61,815 nucleotides of DNA from Hyphomonas sp. (GTDB lineage: Bacteria; Pseudomonadota; Alphaproteobacteria; Caulobacterales; Hyphomonadaceae). How positions within the stretch are numbered: position 1 is the stretch's first letter; each line of letters opens with the position of its first letter. Made by a program: the position numbers and the translations under genes. The stretch covers positions 1-61,815 of the forward strand of contig JBKBRT010000001.1 of assembly GCA_046291585.1 (NCBI GenBank). Direction: 5' to 3'. The notes beneath the pieces are model-generated. The model saw only the letters and a list, made by a program, of their open reading frames with translations. It did no database searches and was not told where the DNA came from. Positions 58,665-61,815 of the stretch are shown here, one piece after another.

Positions 58665-59719
58665 GACGCAACCGTAAAGGGCTCAAGTCCCGAGAGGCGC
58701 ATCGCTCGGTTCAATTCCGGCACCTGGCGCGGCGCTGACGATTTAACCGCCCGCGCAATCGCCGCGATATGCCCCGGCGACGTGCCACAGCAGCCGCCGA
58801 GAACGTTCACCAGGCCACTTTGGGCCCATTCCTTGAGATGCGCAGCAGTCTGATCGGGCGTTTCGTCATACTCCCCAAACGCGTTGGGCAGGCCCGCATT
58901 GGGATAGGCGATGACGCGCGTGTCCGCCACGCGTGAAATCGACGCCACGTGCTGGCGCATCAGATCGGCGCCCAGCGCGCAATTGAGGCCAATGGCCCAG
59001 GGTTTGGCATGGCGCACCGAATTCCAGAACGCTTCTGCCGTCTGCCCACTGAGGGTACGGCCAGAAGCATCCGTGATCGTGCCGGATATGATGATCGGCA
59101 AATCGATACCCTTGTCCTGGCGCAGATCGAGCAGTGCCTTGATCGCCGCCTTGGCATTTAGCGTATCAAACACGGTCTCGATCAGCAACACGTCGATAAA
59201 TGGCGCCATCGCTTCAGCCTGTTCGTAATAAGCTTCGCGCACCTGATCGAAGGTTACATCCCGGTAGCCCGGATCATTGACATTCGGGCTGAGCGACAGG
59301 GTCTTGTTCGTCGGGCCGATGGCCCCCATCACCCCGACGGGGCGGCCAAGCTCGGCTTCAGCCGTATCGGCCACCTCACGGGCAATCCGAGCGCCTTCCC
59401 GAGCGATTTCGGCAGCGATGGGCTCCATCTTGTAATCCGCCATGGCGATTGTCGTGGCGGAAAAGGTGTTGGTCTCCACAAAGTCCGCCCCCGCATCAAT
59501 ATACTTGCGGTGAATTTCGCCGATCACATCAGGGCGCGTCAGATTGAGAAGATCATTGTTGCCCTTCAGCGGGATTTCCCAGTCGGCAAACCGGCTGCCT
59601 TGGAAGTCTTCCTCGGTCAGTTTGTAATTCTGGATCTGTGTGCCCATCGCGCCATCGAGCACGAGAATACGTTGGGTGGCGAGCTGCTCGAGTGCCTTGA
59701 AACGGTTATTGCGGGTCAT
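58661..59719 (-). CDS. metH: Methionine synthase, N-terminal homocysteine-binding part
   Basis: LDGAMGT, ETNTF, GRTLSGQT, GLNCALG, PNAGLPN, GGCCGT. Confidence 0.95.
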   Translation of the reverse strand: MTRNNRFKALEQLATQRILVLDGAMGTQIQNYKLTEEDFQGSRFADWEIPLKGNNDLLNLTRPDVIGEIHRKYIDAGADFVETNTFSATTIAMADYKMEPIAAEIAREGARIAREVADTAEAELGRPVGVMGAIGPTNKTLSLSPNVNDPGYRDVTFDQVREAYYEQAEAMAPFIDVLLIETVFDTLNAKAAIKALLDLRQDKGIDLPIIISGTITDASGRTLSGQTAEAFWNSVRHAKPWAIGLNCALGADLMRQHVASISRVADTRVIAYPNAGLPNAFGEYDETPDQTAAHLKEWAQSGLVNVLGGCCGTSPGHIAAIARAVKSSAPRQVPELNRAMRLSGLEPFTVAS

Positions 59720-59722
59720 GGC

Positions 59723-60637
59723 TCAGGCTGCCTTTGCGGACTGGGGAGTAAGGCCGAGGAGACGGCAGGTGGAGAGCGCAAGGCCCGCCCGGTTCAGCGT
59801 GTAGAAATGGAAGTCCTCCACGCCTTCTGCCTGAAGCTTGCGGCAGAGATCTGCAGCGACATTCGCGGTGACGAGATCGCGGGTTTCCTCGTCCGCGTCC
59901 AGACCGTCATAGAGTGTGTGCAGCCAGGCCGGGATCGAGGAGCCGCAAAGACCGGCAATGCGTTTCAGGCCGTTGAAATTGGGCTGCAGCATAATGCCCG
60001 GAACGATCGGCATAGTCACTCCCCCGGCCCGCGCCCTGTCGAGGAAAGCGAGATAGACGTCCGGCTCGAAGAAGAATTGCGTAATAGCCCGGTCGGCGCC
60101 GGCATCCTGCTTGGCCTTCAGGAAGGCAATCTCGGCGTCCCAGCCCTGATTTTCCGGGTGAAGCTCAGGATAGCAGGAAACCGAAATCTCGAAACATTTG
60201 CCGAGCTCGGGGCGATGCTCCCTCAGTCCACGGATGAGATCAACCGAGTCAGCAAAGCCGCCCGGATGAGGCTCAAACTTTGTCCCCATGCCGGCCGGCG
60301 GATCGCCGCGCAACGCAACAATGTGCTTCACGCCCGCCTGCCAGTATTCCTCAGCCACGGCGAGCACTTCTTCCCTGGTTGCGGAAACGCAGGTCAGATG
60401 CGCGGCGGGGCGCAGCGCCGTCTCGCTGGCGATGCGGCGCACCGTGTCATGTGTGCGCTCCCGGGTGGAGCCGCCCGCGCCATAAGTGACTGACACAAAG
60501 GCCGGCGCCATCGGCTCGAGCCGTTGAACGGTTTCCCAGAGGCGGGCATTCATCGCCTCGGATTTGGGCGGAAAGAACTCGAACGAAACCCGGACAGGGT
60601 CTTTGGCGGATTGCGACTGGATGGCCGGATGGTTCAC
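59723..60637 (-). CDS. metF: 5,10-methylenetetrahydrofolate reductase
   Basis: SFEFFPPK, SVTYGAGG, AHLTC, ALRGDPP, ITQFFF, HFYTLN. Confidence 0.97.
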   Translation of the reverse strand: MNHPAIQSQSAKDPVRVSFEFFPPKSEAMNARLWETVQRLEPMAPAFVSVTYGAGGSTRERTHDTVRRIASETALRPAAHLTCVSATREEVLAVAEEYWQAGVKHIVALRGDPPAGMGTKFEPHPGGFADSVDLIRGLREHRPELGKCFEISVSCYPELHPENQGWDAEIAFLKAKQDAGADRAITQFFFEPDVYLAFLDRARAGGVTMPIVPGIMLQPNFNGLKRIAGLCGSSIPAWLHTLYDGLDADEETRDLVTANVAADLCRKLQAEGVEDFHFYTLNRAGLALSTCRLLGLTPQSAKAA

Positions 60638-61611
60638 GCGGCTTTCTCCCGAACTGCGGCGGCCTTTGAAGCGCGCCAGATATTGACGGTAAGGCCCGGC
60701 GCGCCATTTTCCGGCGGCGCAAAGCTGATCGGATTTTCGAGACTGAGGCCGGCTTCTCCGGTCCAGTTGGCCAGCGCGTCATGGCGCACACCCAGGCGAT
60801 GATGACCATGCTCGGCGCGCAGGAATTCCAGATCGTGGGGGGCAAAATCGATGACCAGGAGGCGTCCGCCCGGGGCAAGCACGCGGCCCGCCTCGGCGAT
60901 GGCGTCGCCTGGCGCGTCCAGGAAGTGCAGCACCTGATGAATGATGACAAGATCCGCGCTGGCGTCGGCAAAGGGCACGGCGGTGACATTGCCAAACCGG
61001 ACCCGCGCATTGCGGGCGCTGGCGGCTTCCAGATTTGCCCGCGCCACGGTCAACATCCTGTGGCTGAAATCGATTCCCTCAGCTTCCTTCACGCGCGGAG
61101 CAAAGAGCGCCAGCATACGGCCGGTTCCTGTACCGAAATCTATCAAGCGGTGAAACGGTCCCTGCCCTGCCAGCTCGAGCAGCGCGTTCTCGATCGCCTC
61201 GTTCGGATAGTGCAGACCGCGCACGGTGTCCCAAGTCTCGGCAATACTGGAGAAGTAGGCTTCTGCCGATGCGGCGCGCCCCGCCATGACCGTGCGCAAG
61301 CGATCAAGGTCTGCCTCGATCTCGGGAACATCGGGTCCGAGCGCGCTGAACAGGGCATCCAGCAAATCCTTGCCGGGACCGCTCCTGGCCGCACGATAAA
61401 AAACAAAGGCGCCCTCCGGCAGGCGCTCGGCTAGGCCGGCTTCGGAAAGGGCTTTGAGATGGTGCGAAAGGCGCGGCTGGCTTTGCTCCAACACCTGCAC
61501 CAGTTCCCCAACCGACAGATCCTGATACCGGATCAGCGCCAGCAGGCGCAGCCGGGTTGGCTCACCTGCAGCCCGAAGCCGCTCCAGAAGTCCGTCGAAT
61601 ATCTCGCTCAT
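60634..61611 (-). CDS. sahR: ArsR-family HTH fused to SAM-binding domain (SahR-type regulator)
   Basis: EPTRLRLL...SQPRLSHHLKAL..AGL; DFGTGTG, HQVLH; heads the metF-metH operon; start 61611 or 61620. Confidence 0.88.
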   Translation of the reverse strand: MSEIFDGLLERLRAAGEPTRLRLLALIRYQDLSVGELVQVLEQSQPRLSHHLKALSEAGLAERLPEGAFVFYRAARSGPGKDLLDALFSALGPDVPEIEADLDRLRTVMAGRAASAEAYFSSIAETWDTVRGLHYPNEAIENALLELAGQGPFHRLIDFGTGTGRMLALFAPRVKEAEGIDFSHRMLTVARANLEAASARNARVRFGNVTAVPFADASADLVIIHQVLHFLDAPGDAIAEAGRVLAPGGRLLVIDFAPHDLEFLRAEHGHHRLGVRHDALANWTGEAGLSLENPISFAPPENGAPGLTVNIWRASKAAAVREKAA

Positions 61612-61613
61612 GA

Positions 61614-61643
61614 AAATCATATAAACGAACTTTTATATGATTT
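61614..61643. promoter_or_regulatory. SahR-type operator palindrome
   Basis: Perfect 12-bp inverted repeat AAATCATATAAA-CGAACT-TTTATATGATTT immediately upstream of the regulator. Confidence 0.8.
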
Positions 61644-61815
61644 GCAATGCGTCTTTGGAACCCGATCTTAAACAGCCTCGTAGGAATGCTTATTAGTATG
61701 GCAGGAAAGTCACGTTTCTGACGAAATTTCTAGGCGTATGGTTGAAGCAGGAAAACCAAGGTCCATCTGACTTGCATTCGCATAACCAAGTATGTCATCA
61801 CCCGTTGACTTATAA

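Overview
Alphaproteobacterial chromosome segment; gene content and protein style suggest a Hyphomonas-like Caulobacterales relative (inference). The housekeeping backbone has tig, nnr, glnB-glnA, clpP-clpX, rlmJ, pyk, an acyl-CoA dehydrogenase pair and sahR-metF-split metH, plus a small envelope glycosylation/acylation cluster at 2.0-8.4 kb. The main object is a ~24.5 kb integrative mobilizable element (8721-33181) bounded by the 11-bp direct repeat GATTTAGGTTC. It has inserted into the anticodon loop of the host tRNA-Leu(TAG) and does not restore it: the 5' half is at 8691-8731 and the 3' half at 33171-33225. Next to its tyrosine integrase it carries a complete replacement tRNA-Leu(TAG) (31609-31693) whose anticodon stem has been rewritten by compensatory changes that also destroy the att core. 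Cargo includes (1) a six-gene coupled defence-like operon: MmeI/YeeA-like methyltransferase, NucS-type nuclease with an EVE/PUA-like domain, HEPN-like orphan, YeeB-like helicase, YeeC-like GIY-YIG nuclease, RloC-like zinc-hook ABC ATPase; (2) an ietAS-like AAA ATPase/S8 protease pair; (3) mobC, relaxase and coupling protein with no mating-pore genes; (4) non-coding structures: a strand-specific hairpin array beside the putative oriT and a duplicated RBS-sequestering leader. All family assignments come from motif reading only; no database searches were run.
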